Source: Calditrichia bacterium | GTDB taxonomy: Bacteria > Calditrichota > Calditrichia > JAJRVZ01 | Length of the DNA stretch: 64,000 nucleotides | Reading direction: 5' to 3' | Assembly (NCBI GenBank): GCA_963796965.1 | Contig: CAWCNS010000004.1 | Span: 160,001 to 224,000 of the forward strand | In this document: piece by piece, positions 54,508 through 64,000 of the stretch | How positions within the stretch are numbered: position 1 is the first letter of the stretch | How the letters are laid out: every line of letters begins with the position of its first letter | Notes under the pieces: model-generated | Database searches by the model: none | The model's input: the letters and a program-made list of their open reading frames with translations, nothing else | What the model was told of the DNA's origin: nothing | Translations under genes and position numbers: made by a program

Positions 54508-55580
54508 ATGAAGAGTAATATAATTAGAAGAAATATGCGTGTATTATTATTATTCCTGTTCTTGGTTTTGATTGCTCCAGAACTGTTTGCCCAGGTTACT
54601 GGATATAAGTCTGATGTAAGTCGACGAGGATCAGCCGCCGGAGCCGTATTAGAAATCGGTGTTGGGGCCAGAGCTATTGCAATGGGTGGATCTTTCGTTG
54701 CAATCGCCGATGATCCTTCTGCCTTATACTGGAATCCGGCTGGAATTGTAAATATTAAATCAATTTCTTTGCAGGCAACAAAAACCGAGTGGTTTGTAGA
54801 CACAGATTTTAACGTTATAGATCTCATTGTCCCTCTTGGATTCATGAATTCCGCTATAGGAGTACATCTGGCGATGATGGACTATGGTGAAAATCCAGTT
54901 AGAACTGTGGCTCGTCCTGATGGTACAGGTGAATCATATTCAGCCTCTGACCTTGTTGCAGGATTATACTGGGGATTTAGTATAACCCAAAGCATTTCCT
55001 TCGGGTTGGGTTTGAAATATTTTCAGGAAAAGATCTGGCATGTAGAGGGTACTACCATGGCCATTGATTTGGCTATATTGTATGAAACCCCTGTTGCCGG
55101 ATTAAGATTAGGTGGTACCATTAGCAATCTTGGACCGGAGTTCAGACTTTCTGGAAGAGATTTAACCCGGGTAGGAGATATCGATGGGCGAAGGGATATA
55201 TATTTTAATAATGACAATGTAGTATTGAATATGGAACAGAAGAATATGCATTACCGATGCTGTTTAGGTTTGGTGTCGCCTATGAATATGTTCTTAGCGA
55301 TGATTATGCTGTTCAAATTGGTTCAAACCTAAATCATCCAAGTGATGATAAAGAAAGTGTGGACGTTGGGGTTGAAGCAAAAATGTTTGATATGGTATTC
55401 CTCAGGGGTGGCTATCAATCATTGTTTAATGATGCGGCTATAAGTGGGTTAACACTTGGCGGTGGCCTTGACTATACGTTTAGTAATGTCGTTCGCGTAA
55501 CGGTTGATTATGCCTGGTCAGATTGGGGAATTATGTCCAATGTAAATAGATTTACGCTGGGTGTCAGTGGTGCGTTATAA
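54508..55580 (+). CDS. PorV/PorQ-family outer-membrane beta-barrel; frameshift near 55230
   Basis: LEIGVGARAIAMG, DPSALYWNPAG, SNLGP, LPMLFRFGVAY, LRGGY, VDYAW. Confidence 0.85.
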
Positions 55581-55628
55581 TCTCAACAAATTTTGTTTAT
55601 CATATCAACTATAAATTAATAGGATAAA

Positions 55629-58600
55629 ATGATGACAGACATTAGAAATTATGATGATAAGAAAATCATCTTAAAGAGAATAATTCTTATCTTAATCATA
55701 TTCTCATCAATAGTGAGTACAAATAATTTATTTGCGCAGGCGGATGTAGTCGGAGGCGCACAATTTGATACACATCCCATGCACTGGGCACGTTTCTGGG
55801 CCAGAGGATTATTTGATCGAAATCTGGTCTGGTGTCCCGTGTGGAATATTGGTAATGTAACAGATTCGCATGTTGAACCCAGCAGAAGCCTTACATGGCC
55901 AGGTAGCCAGGGTTTGACCTATGTTGGTTATGCCAATTTCTATATTGGAGCTAAAGTAATTGACATGACCGAGTATCAGAACAAAATGGTACCCTATGAT
56001 GAAATGCCTCCACTGGTCTCGAACGGTGAGCACGAAATTTCGGTTGTTAGCAATGCTTATCTTCCCCATATCTCAGTAGGTACACCAGCTCAAATTTCTA
56101 GAAATAATGATCATCAACAAATTTGGGCACCGATACCGGGATTTTATAATGATGGTAAATATGGCTGGATATGGGGTATTAATGAAGATACGGACGGTGA
56201 TGGTGAATTATCACCACAGGAGGATGTTAATTTCAATGGTAACCTTGATTTTAATCTCGAGCCGCCACCAGGGATTATCAAAAGTATGGCCATAAGCACG
56301 GATAAACGAACCTGGCCGGAGTATTGGCCAGGCGGCTCTTATATTGGTGATACACGTCCTTATTTCGATCGGCCACCAAGAACGACCGTCGCCGGCAATC
56401 GGGCTGGCAAATGGAATGGAGAATATAAAGCTGGGACTATCTCCGACCAGGAGACCTTGTATCGCATGGATGATCATGAAAATGATTATTGGAATGAATA
56501 TACGCAATACAATTACTGGCCGAAGCAAAATCCGGATGGAACACCAAATACAGTCATGTGGAAAGAAGGCGGAATTGCCGGATCAGGTATTGAGGTGGAA
56601 TCAAGAAGTCTATGCCTGGTTCCATCCGTTAGCGGAAGATCTGCTTGTCTCTGTGTACCGAGTTAGAAATTATAGTGACTATATATTAAACCATGTCGTG
56701 ACCGGTATGTGGACGGATGCCAATATTGCCGGCCAAAGTAGTTATAACGCAGCAGATTACATAAAAGCAGAATATACACCAGATGGCACGCCCCAGGGGG
56801 AAGCCAAACGTCTGGAATTTGATATATTGTATCAATGGTACACAAAGCCTGGAGATCTATCAACTTATAAAAAAATTGGTTATTTTGCCTTTGCCTTTTT
56901 AGAAAGCCCCGGAATTGCTTATAACGACGAGGATGATGATAAAGACGGATATATTGATGAATCAATGGAAGATGGAATTGATAACGATGGAGATTGGGAA
57001 CCCTTTTCCGATATAGGACTTGATAAAAAAGGACCTGGTGACACGGGATATGCTGGACCTGATGCCGATGGAACAGAAGGCAATGGCACCTGGGATACGG
57101 AGGATGCCAACTTTAATGGTGCTTTGGATAATGGTGAAGATCTCAATAAAAATGACAAATTAGACATGGAACCTGTAAAAGATGACAGAGGTGTTGATGG
57201 CATTGGACCAGACGAAAATGGCTGGCCCGGACCCGATGAGGACGGAACGGAATGTAATGGATACATGGAGTTAGGCGAACCTGACTTTGATCTGACAGAT
57301 ATAGATGAAGCAGATCAGGCCGGTTTGAAACATATTTTTGTTTATGAGAGCGACAAAATTTTGATGGATCAGCGCGTGTTCTGGTCCAAATATCTTGATA
57401 AACCAGGTGAAGATGTAGCAGAAACAGACGAGCCAATTTGCTTCACCTTTGGGGCCAAATCTGTTAGGTTGGAAAAAATGGAATGGAAACGTTTCACGAT
57501 TGCTTTGATCATGGGTGAGAATAGGGATGATGCTGTGCGCAACAAAGCCACTATGCAGGATATTTATGATCATAACTATCGCTTTTTAACGCCACCACTT
57601 CAACCGACTTTAGTAGCCAATGTTAAAGACGAAGAGGTCCAGCTCTATTGGGATTCCGATGCTGAATTTTCCAAAGATCCTTTTTTTGGTGAAGATTTTA
57701 ATGGCTATCGCGTTTATAAGAGTACCGATCCAAAATTTCTGGATATTAAAACAATTACCGATGCATTTGGTAATGTCCTTCTGTTTGAACCGATCGCTAT
57801 TTATGATAGAAGCGACGGTTTAAAAGGAGCCCATCCCGTTCCGTTTCCTAATATGGGTGTGCATTATGACATGGGCAATGACACGGGTCTTAAGCATTCT
57901 TACCGTGATACACTTGTACATAACGGACGTACATACTATTATGCTGTTAATGCGATCGATGCCGGTAATGACTGGGATTTTGGTCCCGAGGAAAGAGGGC
58001 TGGTTAGTGAAGAATACCCCATGCAAGCCATGCCCAGCGAATCACCCTTTAACATAACGGTCAATACCCTCGGCCAGGTTGTCTATAGAGATAGAAATAC
58101 AGCCGTGTGCACGCCGGTTGAACCCGCAGCGGGATTTTCAGAACCTATTGTGGATTCATTGAATATTGAGCACGTTAATGGTATTGCCCGGGGAGGGCAA
58201 TGGACCATAGGCATTTTTAATAAAGACCATGTTAAACTCGGCAATAGATATGAAATTACATTTGCAGATGACAGCAGTCTTTATGAGAAAACAAATTACG
58301 AATATTTATGGGGCAATACACAGGGCATTCGCTGTATGAATCTGACGACCGGCGACACGTTATTCAATATTCAATATGACAATTCGGTTGATTTTATTGA
58401 GAACCAGAATGTTTATAAAGAAATTGAAAAATCCGTATATGAAGGTTTGCATTTTACTTTTAACTGGCCAATTGATCCTAAAGATTTACAGGACCGTGGG
58501 ATCAGCATTGTCAAAACAAATGCAGAAGGACGTCAAACGAATGAATGGAAAAGGTGGGTAACGACAACGCCTACCAATCTTAGAGTCCAGGATATTGAAC

Positions 58601-59373
58601 CAGGAACCAATATTGCATTACCCATTGATGTTGAGTTACGTGTCGGCGATTATGTAGGTGTAGACACGTCTTTGGCACAATCTATATTTGTCCAGGCTAT
58701 TCCAATTAATTTTACAACCTGGGATATAACAGATCCAGATAATCCAAGACAATTGAAGGTGAAAATACTTTATGACAAGAGTAAAGTTAATATATCACCT
58801 GAGGAACTTGAAGAAATGAAGGGGCAGATATGGGATAGTACACGGGTGATACTAACCTATTATGATACGGACAAAAGACGAACAGGGGAATCCTGGACAT
58901 TACGTTTTTATAAAAATCAGTTTGATAAAGAAAATCCTGTCATTCCACCAGTCCCGGGTGATATATACCGCTTTCGGACCTTCAGGAATCCCACGCATCT
59001 TGACACCTTGCGTTTTGAAGTGGAAAAAGGTAAATGGTCTCGTGAACAGGCCCAGGCGGATATGAAAAATATCTACGTCGTACCTGATCCCTATGTGGCA
59101 TCAAGTACACTTGAACCTATTTATGAATTAGCCGGTAACACGCAGCGGCGGATTGATTTTGTGAATCTTCCTCCAGAATGCACTATCCAGATATTTACCG
59201 TAAGCGGTAAATTAGTCAAGAAATTGGACCACAATGCTCAGGATGATTTTGGCCGGGAATCCTGGGATCTGACAACGGACGATGGGTCAGAGATCGCATT
59301 TGGAATCTACTTTTATGCTGTTGATGCAAAAGATATAGGCGTCCACAGAGGAAAATTTGCTATAATTAAGTAA
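55629..59373 (+). CDS. Large (about 1250 aa) secreted protein with Asp-rich DxDxDG repeats, an Fn3-like domain and a FlgD/T9SS-like C-terminal domain; frameshift near 56605
   Basis: Signal peptide; DTDGDGE, DDDKDGYIDE, DGIDNDGDW; VQLYWD..FNGYRVYKS..NGRTYYYAV; IYVVPDPY..FVNLP..IFTVSG..SWDL..GIYFY..GKFAIIK. Confidence 0.8.
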
Positions 59374-59422
59374 GCTTATTGTTTCTATCATAATAGTTGA
59401 ATAGGCTATCTTAATTTATAAC

Positions 59423-59460
59423 CCATGGTGAGATTCATAAAAAAATGAATCTCACCATGG
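59423..59460 (+). terminator. Perfect 16-bp stem hairpin (terminator or mRNA-stabilising structure)
   Basis: ccatggtgagattcat-aaaaaa-atgaatctcaccatgg; no immediate U-tract on the + strand. Confidence 0.55.
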
Positions 59461-59549
59461 AAAACGATTTATTTTTCATTAATTATAGTTTTAGGAAATA
59501 TCGTTTTCTGATAATAAAATGATATTAATAGTCAAGTCGATTTTAGTAT

Positions 59550-61124
59550 ATGTATAGAATAATAAACATAGTAAAAAGTCTTTTCTTCATTATTTTGATG
59601 TTGCAGATGTTTGTATCTTGTTCGGATAAATCATCGCAAACCGTCCCTGAAGAAAAAATCTTAGCCAGGGTAGGTGATAGAATTATTACCGATGATGAGT
59701 TTAGATACAGTTATGAATTTAGTATTGCATCCTTGAGACAGGGTAAGAATCCGAGACTGCAATATCTTGATTTTATGATCAAAGAGTTATTATTAGCGAG
59801 TGAAGGATATCGCCTTGGCTATAATGATAATCCCTATGTAAGCACCAGATTAGCCAATCGCCGAAATTCAAACTTATTACAGGCATTTGTTACTAGGAAT
59901 GTTCATGATAAAATTAAGATACCCGAAGATGAGTTGCAGGATGCTATAAAAAAAAGCACGATAAAATTTCGTCTGATCATTTGGCCAACACCCTCCTTAG
60001 CTGAAGCCGATCGTGTGCGCGAAAAGACACGACAATCCACTCTTGATGATTTTGTGGAAAACGTTTTAGCAAAACAGGAAATAAAACTGGAGGAAAAGCG
60101 TTTTTATGAAACGGACTGGATTGATTATTTAGAAATGCCTCCCCATGTTTTCAACGAGATAAAAGATCTGGAAATGGGTAAAACGTCAGAGCCCTTTGTT
60201 TATGGTAATGGGTATGCCGTGGCACAGGTATTGGATATTAATCTTGAAGGAATTACAAAGAGTGAACTGCTCTATGGCGCCAGAAGAAAAAAAATGGAAG
60301 AGCGTCTACGCAATATTGAAGCCGATAAGGTGATGCATACTCTTATGGACTCCATTTTAACCCCACTTGATATTCGGGTAAAGGGTCATATTGCAGAAGA
60401 TCTGGTGGATCCCTTATTTAATTGGGTTAAAGATGGCTTACCGGAAAATCGCTCCCTATTTGGCAGATTAGATAATATTTCGGATACCACTAAGACCTAT
60501 ATTAAAGATATTTACAATCTATTGAATGAAACCCTAATAACATCAAAGAATGGGCAGAAAACAGTCAGAGATTATCTGATTTATATGGATTACAATAGAA
60601 AATATTTAAAGGAAAGTAAGTCGTATATTGACTTTAAAGACCGCCTGATCTTGGAAATTGGTGATATGATGAAAGAAGAGTCCTTTGTTGGGATAGCAGA
60701 GAAGCAGAGTCTTTCTGATTCTATGAATATTTCTGAGGACTTGCGCTTGTGGGAGCAAAAATGGACATATGAAATCTACCGCCATGACCTCATTAAGGAT
60801 CTGGAAGTTTCTGAAAAGGAAATGAAAGATTTTTTTAGCAACCGTTGGCAGGAATTACCCAGCGCCAGAGTGGATACAACAAATTTTGAACGATATGAAA
60901 ATGAAGTTTATAATGCCGTGTTTCATGAAAAGTATCTTGCTCGCTTGGAAAACAAGGTTGAAGAATTAAAAAACCGTTACCCGATTTGGATTAATGAGGA
61001 ACTTTTAGAGACAATTGAACTAACTTCAAGTAAAAAGTCAAATCCGATGACAGTTCTTATTCAAAGAAATTTTGATGGGAAGGCCGTTGTACCTACCGTT
61101 GAATTAAATTGGGTTCAGTTTTGA
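59550..61124 (+). CDS. Lipoprotein, SurA-N / degenerate parvulin (PPIase/foldase-like)
   Basis: Lipobox FVSC; ILARVGDRIIT..EF, LDFMIKELLLASEG..LG, L.MGKTSEPF...GY.V; canonical parvulin His residues not evident. Confidence 0.65.
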   Translation: MYRIINIVKSLFFIILMLQMFVSCSDKSSQTVPEEKILARVGDRIITDDEFRYSYEFSIASLRQGKNPRLQYLDFMIKELLLASEGYRLGYNDNPYVSTRLANRRNSNLLQAFVTRNVHDKIKIPEDELQDAIKKSTIKFRLIIWPTPSLAEADRVREKTRQSTLDDFVENVLAKQEIKLEEKRFYETDWIDYLEMPPHVFNEIKDLEMGKTSEPFVYGNGYAVAQVLDINLEGITKSELLYGARRKKMEERLRNIEADKVMHTLMDSILTPLDIRVKGHIAEDLVDPLFNWVKDGLPENRSLFGRLDNISDTTKTYIKDIYNLLNETLITSKNGQKTVRDYLIYMDYNRKYLKESKSYIDFKDRLILEIGDMMKEESFVGIAEKQSLSDSMNISEDLRLWEQKWTYEIYRHDLIKDLEVSEKEMKDFFSNRWQELPSARVDTTNFERYENEVYNAVFHEKYLARLENKVEELKNRYPIWINEELLETIELTSSKKSNPMTVLIQRNFDGKAVVPTVELNWVQF

Positions 61125-61290
61125 CTAAGAAATTTGTACTGTAGTATTTGAGTATTATTATAATTAACAAAACTTGTTTAATCAGTTTTAAATGGTTGAA
61201 AGGAGGTGTGGAAGGCCTAAAATATTTAAAGTTTTGATGTTTGTTAATTAACTATTTGTAAACAATTAACTAATTTTTATGGAGTAAACT

Positions 61291-63438
61291 ATGAATAGCA
61301 AAGTAATGCTACTGATGTTAGTCAGTATGATTTTTCTGGCATTTGGTACTTCTAATGCACAGATTTGGCTTGATGGAGACAGCACTGATTGGGATATGGA
61401 ACCAGTTTTGCTTGAATCAGTCCATAATGTGGATGTGTCTTTTCCAGAAGAAGTTAAAGCTACGACTACAGATGTCGTTGATGTTAAAGAAGTTAAAGCG
61501 GTCGTCCATGGAAGTGTTCTTTATACACTTATCCGTTTCTGGGGTGGCCCGGCCTGGCCGAATGAGGTATATGAAGAGGTATTTGATGACGGTAATACCT
61601 ATAAAGCTTCTCGCGGATATTACCATCTTATGCTTGATTTGGATAATAATCCGGCAACGGGATGGGATAACAGATGGTATGAGGGACATTATACACCGGT
61701 TGGCTATCTTGCTGATAATTTCCCAGGTCAAGGATTTGAGCAGCTTGGCGCTGAAGCCGTTATTTATGTAGGCCTGAGAAATAATTACCCTGTTGAAAAT
61801 GATGGTCTGGGTGGGGTTATACCGAGACCTTTCGAAGTTAGAGGTCATGGGTATGAAGGTACCGATGCGTCTGAATATATTGGAAAACCGGAAAATGATG
61901 TATTTTATGATCTCGCTGCGGCTGAACCAACTGTTCAGGATTCAGCCAGGATGATGGCCTGGGAAGGTTCATTATTGTTGGGTGGCAGTGAAGATGCAGC
62001 TCTCGCTGCTGATACATTACATTCCTACTACTTCGGTCATGCCTGGGCTGATGGTGAAACGCCTTCTGGCAATGACTTTCTTGAGTTTGCCTATGATCTG
62101 GAAGTTGTGAAAAAATATTTTGCTGGAAAAGGTATGGATTATATAAAAGCGGGAGACCAAATTGGTCTCAGTGCTTTTATTGAAACACCGGCCGAAGACT
62201 GGTCAATCGATGTTACTACCCGCGGTTTTTTAACACTTCCTGAAATGCCGGCAAGACCTGGTGCCATTACCTTTGATGGTGATAGTTCGGATTGGGCAGA
62301 TGTACCTACTATAATTGAATCAGTTCATAATGTAGATGTGTCATTTCCGGAAGAAGTAAAAGCGACAACAACCGATGTTGTTGATGTTCGTTCAGTTAAA
62401 ACAATTATTGCAGAAGACGCCCTTTATGCCTTTATTCGTTTCTGGGGCGGTCCGGCCTGGCCGAATAATGTATATGAAGAGGTATTTGATGATGGCAATA
62501 CCTATAATGCTTCTCGTGGATATTACCATCTGATGCTTGATTTGGATAATAATCCAGCAACCGGATGGGACAACAGATGGTATGAAGGCCATTATACACC
62601 GGTTGGTTATCTGGCAGATAATTTCCCAGGTCAGGGTTTTGAGCAGCTTGGCGCGGAGGCTGTTATCTACATAGGTCAGAGAAATAATTACCCTGTTCAA
62701 AATGATGGTCTGGGTGGGGTTATACCGAGACCATATGAAGTTAGATCCCATGACTATGAAGGTACGGATGCTTCCGAATATATCGGTAAGCCAGAAAATG
62801 ATGTTTTCTATGATATGTTTGCCATGTCTCCAACTGATCCTGATTCTGCCATGAGTATGAACTATGATGGTAAACAGGTTTTTGCCGGAAACGAAGATCA
62901 AATAGCTGCTTTAAATGGCTATCCTAAATGGGCAGCACATGCCTGGGGTGAAGATTTCCTCGAATTGGGTATACCCATTAAACCGATCAAGGATTATTAT
63001 ATGGCAAAATCGGGTGCGAGTTATTTTGAACCTGGTCAAATGATAGGCATTTCTGCATTTATTGAAACACCGGCCGAAGATTGGTCAATTGATGGTACCA
63101 CAAGAGGCGAAACTGCAGTGGTTACAGGTATCAATGATGGTAATCCTGGTGTGGTTGCAGAGGAATTTGCTCTGGAAAACAACTATCCAAATCCGTTCAA
63201 TCCATCAACAACGATTGAATTTTCAGTTCCTATGGCTTCCGAGGTAACACTTTTTATCTATAATACATTGGGACAAAAAGTGAGAACCCTGGTTGATAAG
63301 AATATGCCTAATGGAAAACATTCCGTTGTTTGGAATGGAAGAAATGATGTCGGTCATACTTTACCGACTGGGCTGTATTTCTATACCTTAAGAGCAGAAA
63401 ACACATCAATTACCAAAAAGATGTTGCTCATCAAGTAG
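61291..63438 (+). CDS. Secreted protein with two tandem ~300-aa domains and a FlgD-Ig/T9SS type A C-terminal sorting domain
   Basis: GGAG RBS, signal peptide, DGD.SDW-initiated repeats 903 bp apart, F.LENNYPNPFNPSTTI..IYNTLGQKVRTLV..W.G..GLYFY..TKKMLLIK. Confidence 0.88.
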   Translation: MNSKVMLLMLVSMIFLAFGTSNAQIWLDGDSTDWDMEPVLLESVHNVDVSFPEEVKATTTDVVDVKEVKAVVHGSVLYTLIRFWGGPAWPNEVYEEVFDDGNTYKASRGYYHLMLDLDNNPATGWDNRWYEGHYTPVGYLADNFPGQGFEQLGAEAVIYVGLRNNYPVENDGLGGVIPRPFEVRGHGYEGTDASEYIGKPENDVFYDLAAAEPTVQDSARMMAWEGSLLLGGSEDAALAADTLHSYYFGHAWADGETPSGNDFLEFAYDLEVVKKYFAGKGMDYIKAGDQIGLSAFIETPAEDWSIDVTTRGFLTLPEMPARPGAITFDGDSSDWADVPTIIESVHNVDVSFPEEVKATTTDVVDVRSVKTIIAEDALYAFIRFWGGPAWPNNVYEEVFDDGNTYNASRGYYHLMLDLDNNPATGWDNRWYEGHYTPVGYLADNFPGQGFEQLGAEAVIYIGQRNNYPVQNDGLGGVIPRPYEVRSHDYEGTDASEYIGKPENDVFYDMFAMSPTDPDSAMSMNYDGKQVFAGNEDQIAALNGYPKWAAHAWGEDFLELGIPIKPIKDYYMAKSGASYFEPGQMIGISAFIETPAEDWSIDGTTRGETAVVTGINDGNPGVVAEEFALENNYPNPFNPSTTIEFSVPMASEVTLFIYNTLGQKVRTLVDKNMPNGKHSVVWNGRNDVGHTLPTGLYFYTLRAENTSITKKMLLIK

Positions 63439-63453
63439 TTAGTTCTTTCGTCG

Positions 63454-63488
63454 AAAAAGGGATTGTCTTTCGAGATAATCCCTTTTTT
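63454..63488 (+). terminator. Intrinsic terminator, potentially bidirectional
   Basis: aaaaagggattgtct-ttcg-agataatccctttttt directly after the stop at 63438. Confidence 0.85.
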
Positions 63489-63675
63489 AATGGGTAAAAA
63501 CTTTCGACCCATTTCAAACACGATTTATCCGGAATTGTATAAATAAAATGATTAAATTAGTATATTTGGATCTATATTATTTGATTAGAGTACAAGTAAA
63601 AGAAATTACCGGCGAATCGAAATTTTTTTGTAATAGACATATAACCATTCAATAAACAAAATCAGGAAAATAACA

Positions 63676-64000
63676 ATGAAGAGATATTTCTTCTATGGGA
63701 TGCTCGTATTAAGCCTCGGGATCATTTCATCATGTAAAGACGAAACAAATCTTGCTGAATTTAGGGATGGCACTATTGGTCAAAAGGAATATATTGACCA
63801 TTATCTACTGAGCACTTTGTACAAACCTGAGGTTATGCCATCAGAAGAAAATCTCAGAGAAATCGTTTCACTCTTGGCGATAAAGAAAATGGCTGTATTA
63901 GAAGCTAAAGAACAAGATATCCCAAATACTAAAGACTATAAAGAGAAATTAGCAGAAAGTGAAAGAAAATTCCTCTGGCAGATGTATCAACAAGCGGAAT
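63676..64000 (+). CDS. Partial lipoprotein, SurA-N/PPIase-like (runs off the window end)
   Basis: AGGA RBS; MKRYFFYGMLVLSLGIISSC-KDETNLAEFRDGTI..KKMAVLEAKEQ; frame open to the window end. Confidence 0.65.
   Translation, partial: MKRYFFYGMLVLSLGIISSCKDETNLAEFRDGTIGQKEYIDHYLLSTLYKPEVMPSEENLREIVSLLAIKKMAVLEAKEQDIPNTKDYKEKLAESERKFLWQMYQQAE

Noticed and set aside
990..56620. Programmed frameshifting or phase variation at the split genes
   Set aside because: No shared slippery motif or long homopolymer at the breaks; they are scattered over unrelated gene families.

Overview
This is a 64-kb bacterial window, AT-rich (roughly 39-40% GC by eye) and almost entirely on the + strand. It is probably from a non-Bacteroidia FCB-group organism such as Calditrichota or KSB1. 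That is inferred from PorV-like and FlgD/T9SS-type C-terminal-domain proteins occurring together with TTGACA-type promoters and AGGAG ribosome-binding sites. Block 1 (1-12.9 kb) is signalling: a beta-propeller sensor fused to a PP2C/SpoIIE phosphatase, two Ser/Thr kinase-TPR proteins, a kinase-type remnant, a propeller-AraC regulator and two DUF4097 proteins. Block 2 (13.3-64 kb) is a ~50-kb carbohydrate-utilisation locus tied together by a shared LacI-type operator (CAAACGTTTG). It encodes 2 GH38-like and 2 GH2 proteins, GmhA, a DHS-fold hypothetical, FucI, a DapA-family aldolase, an HldE-like kinase-HAD fusion, YdjC, an MBL hydrolase, GDPD, a DegT aminotransferase, 2 Gfo/Idh/MocA enzymes, 2 SSS transporters and an ABC transporter. 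It ends in a SusD-less TonB receptor / PorV / CTD-protein uptake module. The best hypothesis (inference only) is that the locus catabolises the LPS lipid A-Kdo-heptose core. Three of the four glycosidase homologues lack the canonical catalytic nucleophile. Most intergenic gaps carry periodic inverted-repeat or REP-like elements. These include nested 20-23-bp mini-insertions, and one REP-like hairpin sits in frame inside a kinase gene. About 16 single-base frameshifts are most likely long-read assembly errors. No rRNA, tRNA, CRISPR array or transposase was recognised.
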